Positions 22,101 to 32,400 of a stretch of 64,000 bases of DNA are shown here, piece by piece. Below the pieces are notes generated by a model, which was not told the origin of the DNA, did not search any database, and saw only the letters and a program-made list of their open reading frames with translations. Source of the DNA: Pelagomonas calceolata (lineage: Eukaryota); contig CAKKNE010000006.1 in the NCBI GenBank assembly GCA_918797485.1, positions 3,224,001 through 3,288,000 on the forward strand, read 5' to 3'. Position 1 is the first letter of the stretch, and each line of letters starts with the position of its first letter. Made by a program: the position numbers and the translations under genes.

Positions 22101-22715
22101 CGCGACGCCAGCTGGTTGATTTTCACACAGCGCGGCACCTCTCAAACACGTCCTGCAACGCTCGCGCAATCACACCGTCGCCGCTCGACGATAACATATC
22201 TAAAGGTTCGCCCATGGTGTAGGTCTTCCCGGAACCTGCGTGCGATCGCGTCTCGCGAGCGGCACGACTGGCTCGGACGCGGCGCGGTCTCTCGACTCGG
22301 TCCGAACGGCCTCAAACTCGAAAAAGAAACCACCCGCGACCTCCTCTCTCAGAGACGACGCACGTTCAGCAGCGGGGGACGCCGAGATCGCACCCGTCTG
22401 GCCGTACGCCATAATGGTAGCGTTGCGCCCGTCAAACACGCGCTCGACGAGCTTCTGCGCCGTGTGCGCGTAGACGCGGTCCTGCGTCGCCGCCTCGTCG
22501 AAGACCACGTCAAACTTGAAGGCCTTCTCGTCGTGGGCCGTTTTCAGTTTGAGCTTGTTCTTCGCGCAGGCCGTGGCGCGTTTGGCGCCTTCCGTGAGGG
22601 GTCGCACGCGCACGGCTACTCGCACTCGTTCGCGCGGCGCCGCCGCTGGGGCTTCTTCCGGCGCGGCGTCGGCGGCGGGCGCCGCGGGCGCGTCTTGCTC
22701 CTGTTCAGCAGCCAT
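19103..22715 (-). CDS. kinesin-4 (chromokinesin)-like motor with coiled coil and SAP domain (~1084 aa), 3 introns
   Basis: VRVAVRVRP, AYGQTG|SGKTYTMG, SYLEVYNE, SSRSHA, LVDLAG|SER, INKGLLALGNV, PFRDSKLTRLLKDSLGG; SAP-like LTVPQLKDKLRPLQLKLAGRKSELVARL; introns 22236-22393, 22056-22138, 21616-21732. Confidence 0.93.
21616..21732 (-). mobile_element. introner-like intron, in-frame (117 bp)
   Basis: Splits kinesin DLAG|SER; GTCTGACGCGGCGTCC...CCGCGCGCAG. Confidence 0.85.
22056..22138 (-). mobile_element. introner-like intron, TIR class (83 bp)
   Basis: GTGCCGCG[CTGTGTGAAAATCA...TGACGTCCACACAG]GTGCCGAG: TIR with 7/8 flank duplication. Confidence 0.92.
22236..22393 (-). mobile_element. introner-like intron (158 bp)
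   Basis: Splits the P-loop GQTG|SGKT; GTGCGATCTCGGCGTCCC...CACGCAG. Confidence 0.9.
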
Positions 22716-22843
22716 TTTGCGTTTCGCGACCTCGTCTCGCGCGGCGCCGCGGCCGCTGGCGTACTGGTGTTCGTTGAGCGCTGCGGCAGGCGTGGATACC
22801 TCGTCCACAGCCACGGGCGCGGCGCTTCGTCTAACGACTTTAC

Positions 22844-22865
22844 CTAGCGTGCGGTAAGTCTCTAG
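22844..22865. promoter_or_regulatory. recurrent upstream motif copy
   Basis: CTAGCGTGCGGTAAGTCTCTAG between divergent starts 22715 and 23295. Confidence 0.55.
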
Positions 22866-23294
22866 GAAGATTTATGATTGGAGCGCTGGATTGGCTCCGG
22901 GCAGCCATAGGCGCGCTGCTGGAGACGTGTATGCGCCGCCTGAGGCTAGTGAGTTGGGCGGTCGAGGCCGCAAAACAAGGTGGTGCTTTTGGTCTCCCTC
23001 TGGAGACCCTACTGGCACTGGGTGAGTCTTGCACCCCTTTGCAACAAAGCTGGGAGCTGGCGCTAACATCGCAGTTAAGTTTCAAGGCGCTAGAAGAGCC
23101 AACTTGCGCGCATTGCGACAACATTCAGCCTCGCTGGACCGCCCAAATTCGGACTGGGCCCCTAGCGCCCGCTGCGACGTGCGACTGCGCTCAGAAGCTG
23201 AGGCAAACGATACTGAGGCCTCCGGACGCCCCGCTGCGCGCCCAAAACACTCCTAGCATTGCGTGAGTCCGAGCGGGACCGCCGCACGCCAAAA

Positions 23295-26200
23295 ATGAAC
23301 TCCTTGCAACGCGAACTCCAGACGTTAACAGCACAAATAGAAGAGCAAGATGACCTCTTGAGACCCCTCGAGAAGGAGGTCGAGAAGGCGGAAAAAAAAG
23401 CAGCAAAGGAATGTGAAAGGGACGACGCGACGATGCTCGGGAAAGAGATCTGGAAGGAGCTTGATGGCTTGTCCGACGACCTCCAGAAGTGCCGCGCCAG
23501 CGCCACCACTGCCTTACGGGCCGCATCACGACAAGTGTCCACGAAGCGCTTGCGAGTGCGATTACGCCTGAGCGGTAGAATAGTAAAAGAGCCAAAACAA
23601 ATACACGTCGTCACGTCCAAGGGGCAAAGAGCAGCGGTGGAAGCCATCGTCCAGGCGTCGCAAGAGTTAGATGCTTGTAGAGACGTCGGCGCCTACGCGA
23701 GACGGTCGATGCGACGTCTTACGCAATGCGCCAAAAATAGAATAAAAGTTGTGGAGTCCCAATTACCCGGCCCTTTACCTGCCAAGCCCCAGATCGCCGA
23801 CGCGGAGGCGGCCTTCGCCTCGGCGGGCCTCAAAACGCCCGACGCCGTCGAAGATTGTCAGTGACTCAGCGTGGTTTCCGAACGTTTCCGAACTTCAAGG
23901 TCGCGTCGATGGCGTCGGCGCGACGCCACGCCACCGCGACGCCGTCGACGTGGCCGTCAGAGAGTCTACGCGTCTCGTGCGGGAGCCGCGGCCGTGTCGC
24001 GACGCCGTCGTTCGACACAGGTCTGGTGTGCTGGGACTTCATGACGACCTTCCGCGACTCGCCCGTCCTGCCGGCGCGCGACGACAACTCGTTCCTCATG
24101 CTGCCCGAGACGCGATTGGATGAATTTGCCGCGGCCCTCCAGGCGCCGAACGACGACCTCATCAGGCGGCCAGAACAACATAATCCGTTTCGCTACCTAG
24201 CGCACGTGCACAAGGAACTTTTGAAACTAATCATGACCGACGAGGAAACGGACCGGTGGTGGCCGTCTCCCAAGAAGAGTTATGGGCCGCGCTGGTGGGC
24301 GAGACCTGAACTCCCTCAAAAACCCCAGCCGCTCCTCCAGCGCTTCGAGGCCGCGACGCCGTCCCAACCGTCGCGCATCATGTGCCAAATCGGCGCGATC
24401 CAGGCCACTTGTCAACCGGTACCGGTGCCTCTACTCGCGCTGGCGTTGCAAGAATTACGGTATCCGCAGCCCGTCGTCGATGCTTGTAGTCAGGGCCATC
24501 CGCTCGGCCAGGAGATCCTGCTGAAGGTCGGGCGGGCGGCGCAGGACGCGCATCGCGCTGCTCAAACAAATGGTACTAGAACCGGCCAAGCTTCTGCTGA
24601 AGAACTGGCCGCCTTCCGGGCCTTCCAGGATTCGAAACGAGCGCAACAAGCTGCGCAAGATAGTCCTCCAGCGCCGGCGCCCGATGCGCCGCCCTCGGCC
24701 GAAGAGCTCAAATTGCGCGAAGAGCTCGAGGCGCTCAAACGAGAAAATGCGAAGCTCAAGACGCCCGCCGGCGCCGTCGCTGGTGCTGCCGCGTGTGCCG
24801 AAGGCGCGCTAGCAGCTTGCGGAAAAGCGGCAAGGAAGGCGAAGAAAGTGGCCAGTTCCTGCAACAGTAAAGCAGCGAAGACGGCCGTCGAGCCGCAACA
24901 GCCCACTCGCGTGTCCGCTCGAGCGCGGCGGAAGGCGCCGCCTCGGAACGAGATCGGCTTCGAGTCGACCCCAAAAACGCGGGGCAACAACGGGCGGCGC
25001 GCGCCGGGTTCGGGTTTGCCTGGAGGTAGAGCGAAGCCTTTGAATGCGGCGCAACGGGCAGCTCTACCTTTACACTTGAACGACTTGCTGCAACTACTAA
25101 AACACGACGCGGGGACGCGCGACTGCCCGCGGTTCCCGCCCGCCGTCGTCGGGTCGACGACGTGGGCACCGCTAGCCGCCGCGGCCTGCGCGCGCATCGC
25201 GGACTACGCGGCGGCGACGGCGGAACGGTGCGGCGCCTACGACGAGTGGGGCGGCCTCGAGGGGGACATCGTCGTGCACCAGCGGCCGGGCGGCGCGCTC
25301 GCGGCGTCCCTTCACTTCATTCAAACGACTCGTGGCCGTCTCACTTCCATGAGAGTGGTTTCTCTTTCGAATTTGAGCTGTTTCGGACCGCGTCGGGGCC
25401 GTCGCGGCGTGTCAGAGCGACTGCGGTCGCGTCGATGGCGTCTTCACGAGACAGCGCCGCCGCGACGTGGTCATCAGGACGCCGTCGACGCGATGCCACA
25501 TCGGACCGCTTTGACGGAAACGCTCCGCGCAGGCGGCGACGACGCGACGCGGCAGGGCTGGTCGCCGGCCCACCGCCAGCAGTTCTTCGACCCCTACAAG
25601 GAGGACCCCGAGTCCGTGGACGAGCCGTCGACACAAGAGCCGGCATGTGTTGTGAGGGACCCCCTCAATGGTAAAACGGCGCTCCGGGAGGCCTGCGCTT
25701 CATTGTTAAAGGGAGAGCCCTACGGCGACCTGGATCCGTCGCAACGGTGCGCGTTGCTACGCACGCTCATCGACGCGGCTCTTAACACGAAAACCGTCAC
25801 CGAGGAAATAAATAAACGCGCGACGAAGATCGCGAACGCCGAGAGTGCGATCTCGGCGTCCCGTCGTGTGGAGGCGCCTTCACGCCATCGACGCGCGTCG
25901 TCTCCAGGAATGATGGAAGTGGGTGGTCTCTTTGTCGAATTTGGGGCCGTTCGGACCGCTCCGCGCAGGTAGCATCTGGACCAAGGGCCAGAAGACGCTG
26001 CAGGACGACAACATGCGCTGTCGGCGGCGGGCCCAAGATAGTAGACGAGACTTAAACATCCCGGCGCCGCCCAAAACAAGCACGGCGGTCATCGACGACG
26101 AGGGCGGCTTCTTCGCGGCGCGCTCGCGGCGTCCCACGTCGGTGCCTTCACTTCAATACGACTCGTGGCCATCTCACGATGCCGGGGGTGGTCTCTTTTC

Positions 26201-26925
26201 CGATGTTGAGGCCGTTCGGACCGCGTTCCGCACAGGCGGCGCGCCTCGCGGAGCTCGACGCGTCGTCGGCGCGCGGGTTGCTCCGTTGTAGATTGGAGGA
26301 ACATAGAGATGCGGAGTGCTTGTCTTTGCTCGACGAGACTTTAAAGAGATGCGCCATCTACGACGAGGCCCCGTATCTGGTCGAGCACGTCGACTCTCAA
26401 AGGAACGCGTCTGCTCTGAAGCTCATCGAGGACGCGTCGAAGCAGATGGATACGGAGCGACTGCGGAACGCGTTGTTAACGGCACGACGCTTACCAGGCC
26501 TCGCCTCGCCTGTCAGCCTCGACCCGTCGCATCAGGCCTGGGTCCTCCGACCTCTGGCGGTGGGTGCGTTATTGTTGCGAGACCTCGAGTACGATTCACA
26601 AATATGTAAGAAGATTAAGAGCGACGAAGCCGACTTAAGAGCACTACCCTCTTTACGGGCGGAGCCGGTGGGACGAGATAAATCAGGAAACTGCCACTGG
26701 GCCTTTAGAGGAGAGCGGGAGTACCGCTACGCGCCGCAGCGGGTCTGGGTCCAGCAGTCGCCGGACAACGACGTGCCACAAAAACCATCTTGGGGCTATT
26801 ATGGAGATGCCACCGCCGTCGCGGCGCTGTGCCGGCACTTGGATCGGAATGATGAAAGCGAGGCTTTATTGCGGGACAAGTTGTTATTGCGCGTGCCCCC
26901 TGGGGTCGCGGAGTGGCGGGAGTAA
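23295..26925 (+). CDS. DDT-WHIM1-WSD domain chromatin protein (ISWI partner type, ~994 aa), 4 introns
   Basis: DDT-like CLVCWDFMTTF...LDEFAAAL; WHIM1-like YGDLDPSQRCALLRTLID; WSD-like PVGRDKSGNCHW...WGYY...LCRHLDRNDESEALL; introns 23857-24020, 25293-25532, 25845-25968, 26118-26235 restore frame. Confidence 0.8.
23857..24020 (+). mobile_element. introner-like intron (164 bp)
   Basis: GTCAGTGACTCAGCG...CGACGCCGTCGTTCGACACAG, same ends as 16221-16384. Confidence 0.85.
25293..25532 (+). mobile_element. introner-like intron, GC donor, in-frame (240 bp)
   Basis: GCGCGCTCGCGGCGTCCC...CGGACCGCTTTGACGGAAACGCTCCGCGCAG. Confidence 0.82.
25845..25968 (+). mobile_element. introner-like intron (124 bp)
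   Basis: GTGCGATCTCGGCGTCCCG...TTCGGACCGCTCCGCGCAG. Confidence 0.85.
26118..26235 (+). mobile_element. introner-like intron, GC donor (118 bp)
   Basis: GCGCGCTCGCGGCGTCCC...GGCCGTTCGGACCGCGTTCCGCACAG. Confidence 0.8.
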
Positions 26926-27169
26926 GTAATATGGTTATATAGCTCGATGCGCGGTCTGTCGCGTTTAGACCACGTCTACCTTCCTGACGTACATTCGGGT
27001 TTCCCCTGGATTTCTCGGAGCGGAGGAGTCGTGGTCTATACTCGAGAGAGTACTTAAGCGGTCACGAACGCTAGACTAACTCGTGCGCCGGCGAAGCTGC
27101 GTACACGGAGAACTATACTCGACAGGGTATACGATAAGGTGCACATTTACTAGCTGGTGGTCACGGTCA

Positions 27170-27406
27170 CTACTGGGGGTGCGCGAGGTTCGCGAGGTTC
27201 GCCGCCGCGCGCGAGTGGCCGCGCGCGGCCGCGCGCTGGAAGAGCTTGGCGGCGGCCTCCTTGTCGACGGGCGCGCCGGTCCCGCTCGCGAGGCCGGTTT
27301 TGCTCGGGGTAGGTTTTCCCGCGGTCTCGGTCGGCGATCGGCTCGTCGGCATCAGAGCGCCGGCAGGCAGCGACATCGTCGCCGCGTTCCGAGCGACAGC
27401 TGGCAT
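27170..27406 (-). pseudogene. Sel1-like repeat remnant
   Basis: GTGAPVDKEAAAKLFQRAAARGHSRAAANLA is a single SEL1 repeat in an otherwise uninformative short ORF. Confidence 0.45.
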
Positions 27407-27539
27407 TGAGCGCGTCCTGACCTTTGCCAGAGGTCCTACGCGAAATCGCTGGCTTACGCCAAGTTGAGGTAGAAGGTTGAGGCGGAGTTATGTTCGTAAT
27501 TCACTTATCAACTACTATAGCCAAAAAACACAAACAGCC

Positions 27540-29042
27540 TCAGACCGACAACTCCCCCGACGATTCTGAGGAAGGCCCGACCCACCTGAGTAGACGCGGC
27601 GCGAGGAACGACCCGATGACCAATTGCGACGGGTGCCAGACCAGCAACGGCAGCAAATACAACCCCAAAGGCTGCCCCGCACCCTCGTAGATGGCCGTGA
27701 TGAGCGGGACGCCCATCGCGACCGTCTTGTGCGTGCACCCATACAAACCCATGACCCGCAGTTTCTTGTCGAAATGCAGGAGCCCCAACATGACCCAAGC
27801 GACGCCCATGGACGCTACCAATAGGAAACACTGTACAATGATCATGATAATGACGTCGACGGCGCCGACGCCTGCGTGGAACGACGCCGTCACGAAACTG
27901 CCTCTGTGCACTCCCGAGACGTGTAGACTCTCACGTGGCATCGCGCCGACGCCGTCGCGGCGACCGCGTCGGTGCGAGCCACCTCACGCCATCTTCATGA
28001 AAGCGCTCTCTCCGACACGCCGCGACGGCCCCGACGCGGTCCGAATTCACTCAAACTCGAAAGAAAAACCGCCCACCATCTCGTCTGATGGCCACGAGTC
28101 GCGTCGATGGCGTGAAGGCGATGACAGACGCCGCGATCAGCACCGACGTCCAGCTTCACGAAGGTCACGTAGACGATGAACGTCAGGAGGTGTTCCTGCA
28201 GTTTTTTCAGGGAAGGCTTGTGCTTCTTCGCCCACTTCGCGACGGACGGGAGCCAGTACTGGGTCAATTGACCGACAAATAAAGGTGCTAATACTCTGTA
28301 TGATAGCTTGATCACCGTAGCTGCGAAACTTACGGAAGACGTGCTGCCTAACAGAGCCTGGACCCAGGCCGGCGTGACGAAGACCCCGAGCAGGTTGCCG
28401 CACGCTGAATTAAACACCGCGGCGGCCTCGTCGCCACCCTGCGCGGAGCATCACTGTCGCTCGATGTACGAATGGCCTCAAAATCACAAAAGAAACCACC
28501 CACGTCGTCGTGAGATGGACACGAGTCACATGAACAAAGTGAAGACACGACAACACGCCGGGACGCCGATATCGCACCGAACTTTTCGTCAGAACAATTA
28601 CCATATTGACCGTCATCGGTAAAAACGCGCACACGGCCACGCCGTTCGCTAGTGGTGTGGAGAGGACTTTGATATCAATGAGTACACGAGATACGGCCCA
28701 GATCGCCACGGGTAATAACCCGAGGTTGAACAGTTGCACAAATGCATTAAATTTGTAGTTTTTGAGCGCCTTCACGAGTTCTCGCGTCCGCAGACCGAGT
28801 CCCGTGAAGAGAAAGATCCAGATCACGGCGACGATGGCTAGGATCGATAAAACGTCTTCATAAGATTTCGTGGTCAGGGACGCGTGGGCCCTCGCGATCC
28901 CAATGACAATTATCACATTGACCATGAAGCTGTTTTGAAGGTAGAAGCTCTTGGCTTTGTCGCAGCGCGTCGGGGGCGTGTCTTCTTTCACTTCCACCTC
29001 CTCCGGGGCCGCCATGGCGTCGGGCGTGGGCGGTTTGCACAT
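27540..29042 (-). CDS. SLC10A7: sodium/bile acid symporter family member, SLC10A7-like, 2 introns
   Basis: [80 protein letters not shown]; introns 28439-28577 and 27872-28143. Confidence 0.88.
27872..28143 (-). mobile_element. introner-like intron (272 bp)
   Basis: GTGCTGATCGCGGCG...family core modules...GGCGTCGTTCCACGCAG. Confidence 0.8.
28439..28577 (-). mobile_element. introner-like intron (139 bp)
   Basis: GTGCGATATCGGCGTCCCG...ATGCTCCGCGCAG; close to 15024-15165. Confidence 0.88.
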
Positions 29043-29209
29043 GCCACTGGCTTGCAGTGTGTCTGTAGAGCTGTGCGTCAGCGGTGCCAAGACGTAGTGA
29101 GCGTGCGTCTGCCTGAGCACTGCTTGAATGCGACGAGCTGCGGGGCGTTCGATACCTGGCGTCGTTCGAGCGATGTCGTGTGGTGTGCGGTGGCTGGCCT
29201 GTCAGTTTG

Positions 29210-29231
29210 CTAGCGTCATGTAAGACACTAG
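29210..29231. promoter_or_regulatory. recurrent upstream motif copy
   Basis: CTAGCGTCATGTAAGACACTAG upstream of 29042. Confidence 0.6.
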
Positions 29232-29474
29232 CATTTCCTCAGGCCCCTCCGCGCGGCGTCCGGTTCTTCTTCGACGCGGCGCGGCGATGGCGTGCTCTTG
29301 AGACCACCGCGCCACGGCGAGAGAGCATCCTTTCGCGGCGACGGCGTGGGGATACGCCACATGATACGCCATCGACGCGACTCGTCACGCGCGGGACTTC
29401 GCGCGGGATGTCCACAGGTCCGTGACCCCGGGGAGACGACTCTATATAGCACACAGTCGTTACACACACAATCC

Positions 29475-32400
29475 CTAGAGCTGCCCGACCTTCTTGGCCC
29501 TGATTTTTTTCTTGCCGCCCTTGTCCCACCGGCCCTCGACCTTCAAGGCCCATATTTGAGCGTTCAAGATCGTCTTCTTCAGGGTTGATTTGGTCGCCTG
29601 CGCCTTGGCGCGCGCCTCGGCCAACCTTCTTTCCCGTTTCTGCAACCGCCTTTTACCGCGGTTCTCGGCCTCCATCATCTTGTCCGTGTTGTTCTTCCGC
29701 GCGCGCCGGATGCCGGCCTTGATCTTCTGGTATTTCTTGAGCTTCCGGTGCCTGCGTCGAACGACACCGTCACGAAACTGCCTCACAAGACGCGTAGACT
29801 CTCTGACGGGACCCCCTCAAGTTCAAGAACACTGAAAACGCTGAGTCGGTGCCAGTGCTTCGTCCCAAAAAACTTCTGCCTCATTTTATCTTGCGCTTCC
29901 ACGACCGGATAAAATAAGTTCGGGAAGCGCCGGTTCAGCTCCAGGTACTCCCCGTACTCGAGCTTGCCGTCGTCGAGCAGATCGATCTCCCTTAGAGCTC
30001 TTGTGGTCCTTCCCCTGTTGGTGGAGGGGTGTAAGTCCGACAGTAACAATATGAACTCCTCGTGCGAGATCCAGCCGTTGTCGTCGGCGTCGAAGATCTG
30101 GTAGGCGAAGTGGAGGAGTTCGTCCTTGCCTGCGTGGTTCAACATCATCTTGAAGTTCAACATCAACACTGAGTCAGCATACCGAACATGCAGAACTGCG
30201 CGATGCACTTCACCGTCTCGCCGAAGTCCATGCGCGACCCGTCCCAGGGCTCGCCCAACAGCTGGAAGGCCGCGTGCATGAACTTCGAGTCGCGGAAGCC
30301 GAGGTAGTCGAGCACCTCCTTGGAGGACACCTGCGCGGAGCATCGATGTGGCATCGCGTCGACGGCGTCCTGACGACCACGGAGACTCTCGTGGGATCAC
30401 AACGATGGCGTCTCGTGACGACGCCATCGACGCGACCGCGCCGCGACGGCCCCGACGCGGTCCGAAACAGCTCAAACTCGACAAAGAAACCACCCCCGGC
30501 ATCGTGAGATCATGACAAGGAAGTGAAGACACCACAACACGCCGGGATCGCACAGCTCCAAGTTCGTTCACGTCCATGTCCTCGAAGTACGAGAGCCAGC
30601 CCTCGATCTCCGCCTGGCCGATGGCCGCGAACTCGATGGCGAACTTGAGCCTGCGTGTTGTAGCGTGAGGTGTCGTAGCGACGCGTCTACAGCGACGGCG
30701 TGAGACGTGCGCTCGGCTTAAACGATAACTTTCAAGTAATCTCGTCAGCAGGATCAGTGTATCGAGGTCGTCCTCGCGCGGTCAGACGTCTCACAAGACA
30801 CTGCGTATACGGATCATCTTTGTACTCGTCCCTAAAATCACTTTCCTGCTTCACTTTCTCCAGTCGTAACTTGAGGGCCTTGATCTTGTCCAGTAATATC
30901 GGATCGTCCTCCCTCTTCTTCAGCTCCTTCCGCGCCGCCTTCAACTCATTCAAGATCGTCTCCTCGTTCTCGACATTGGTCTCGAGGTTCCGATTTATTT
31001 TTTTTATCCAAATAAACATGTCGCCGAAGCCTAAATCTAACAGATTTTCCGGGAGCTTCTCGAAGCCGTCCGCGGCGAGCTCGCGCTCGTCCTGGAGGTT
31101 GTACGTCACTTCGACGGCCGCCACGACCATGACCGCATCTGATCTTTTGCGGCCCCACATGACTAAACCTGGTTGCGCCGGTGCGGTAGGTAATAAAGCG
31201 TCGTGCGTGTACTGCCTGTAGTTCTTCTCCGCCAAATTTTTGTAGTGCTGGTGGTCGAGCGCCTGCGCGGGAACGACGCCGTCTCAAGAAGACGCCATCT
31301 TCACAAGGTCAAGTTCAAGATCACCGAAGACGCCGCGTCCGCGCCGGGTGCGCGAGCTGGAGCTCCGTCAGGAACTCGTCCTGGTCCGACGAAGGCTCGT
31401 ACCAAATCACGACCATCTCGTGGAGGCCCACCGTCTTCTTGACTCTCAATAAGTGGGGCAACCTGCGCGCGGGTCCGTGAGACGACCCACGGCCTTCTCT
31501 GACGGAGACGACCGCGTAGCGCGCAGACACGGCGTCGCACGAGTGCTCCGCGAGCTCGTCCTGCTGTCTTTGGAATTGGTCCGTTTCCTCTTTTCCGACG
31601 GTGAAGGCGATCTTTCGCAGCGCGCTACACGTGCCCATCTTCATCTTCTGGCGGCGCATGATGGACCTGCGTCGTGTCGATACCGTGGCGCGTCGCGTCG
31701 ATGGCGCGTAGACTCTCACGAGATCACGACGACGGCGTCGCGGCGGCGTGGCCTCATGACGACGCCATCGCCGCGACCACCACTCTCACGAGGCGCAAGC
31801 GGTCCGAAACGGCTCAAAATCGAAAACGAGACCACCCACGTCATCAGGAGATGGAGACGACGCGCGTCGATGGCGTAAGGACACTGGCGCAGGACTGCGT
31901 CATGTTCGACGTTTCCTGCTGCTCGGCCTTTTTGTCGGGCACGCCGTGGACCACCGAATTGTAGAGGCGCTGCGCCTTCTTGGCGGCGGCCTTGGGACCG
32001 TGCTCCTTCTTCCTCAAACTAGGATCGACCAAACCCATCTTCGCGAGGCCGGACGCGGCCTGTTTTTCGGCCTCGACCTGCGCGGGGCATGACGCGGTCC
32101 GAATCGGCTCTGATGGAGGCGAGTCGCGTCGAATGAAGGCACCGTACGGGACGCCGCGCGCGCGCCTCGCGCCGCTTCTGCGCCTCGACCTCGTCCTTCT
32201 CGCGCTGCTCCTCCGCCGCCTGCTGCTTCCGGCGCATCCTATCCATTATTTCCGCTTTTTTATCCGCTCTCAACTTCTCCTGCAGCGCTTTTTTGGCCTT
32301 CGCGGCCTTCTCGCGCTCGAGCTCGCCTGTGTGGAAATCAAAGTTCAAGCGCCTCAATTCGCGGTCGCAGAGAGATGCTACTCGCTCAACTCGGTCGATT

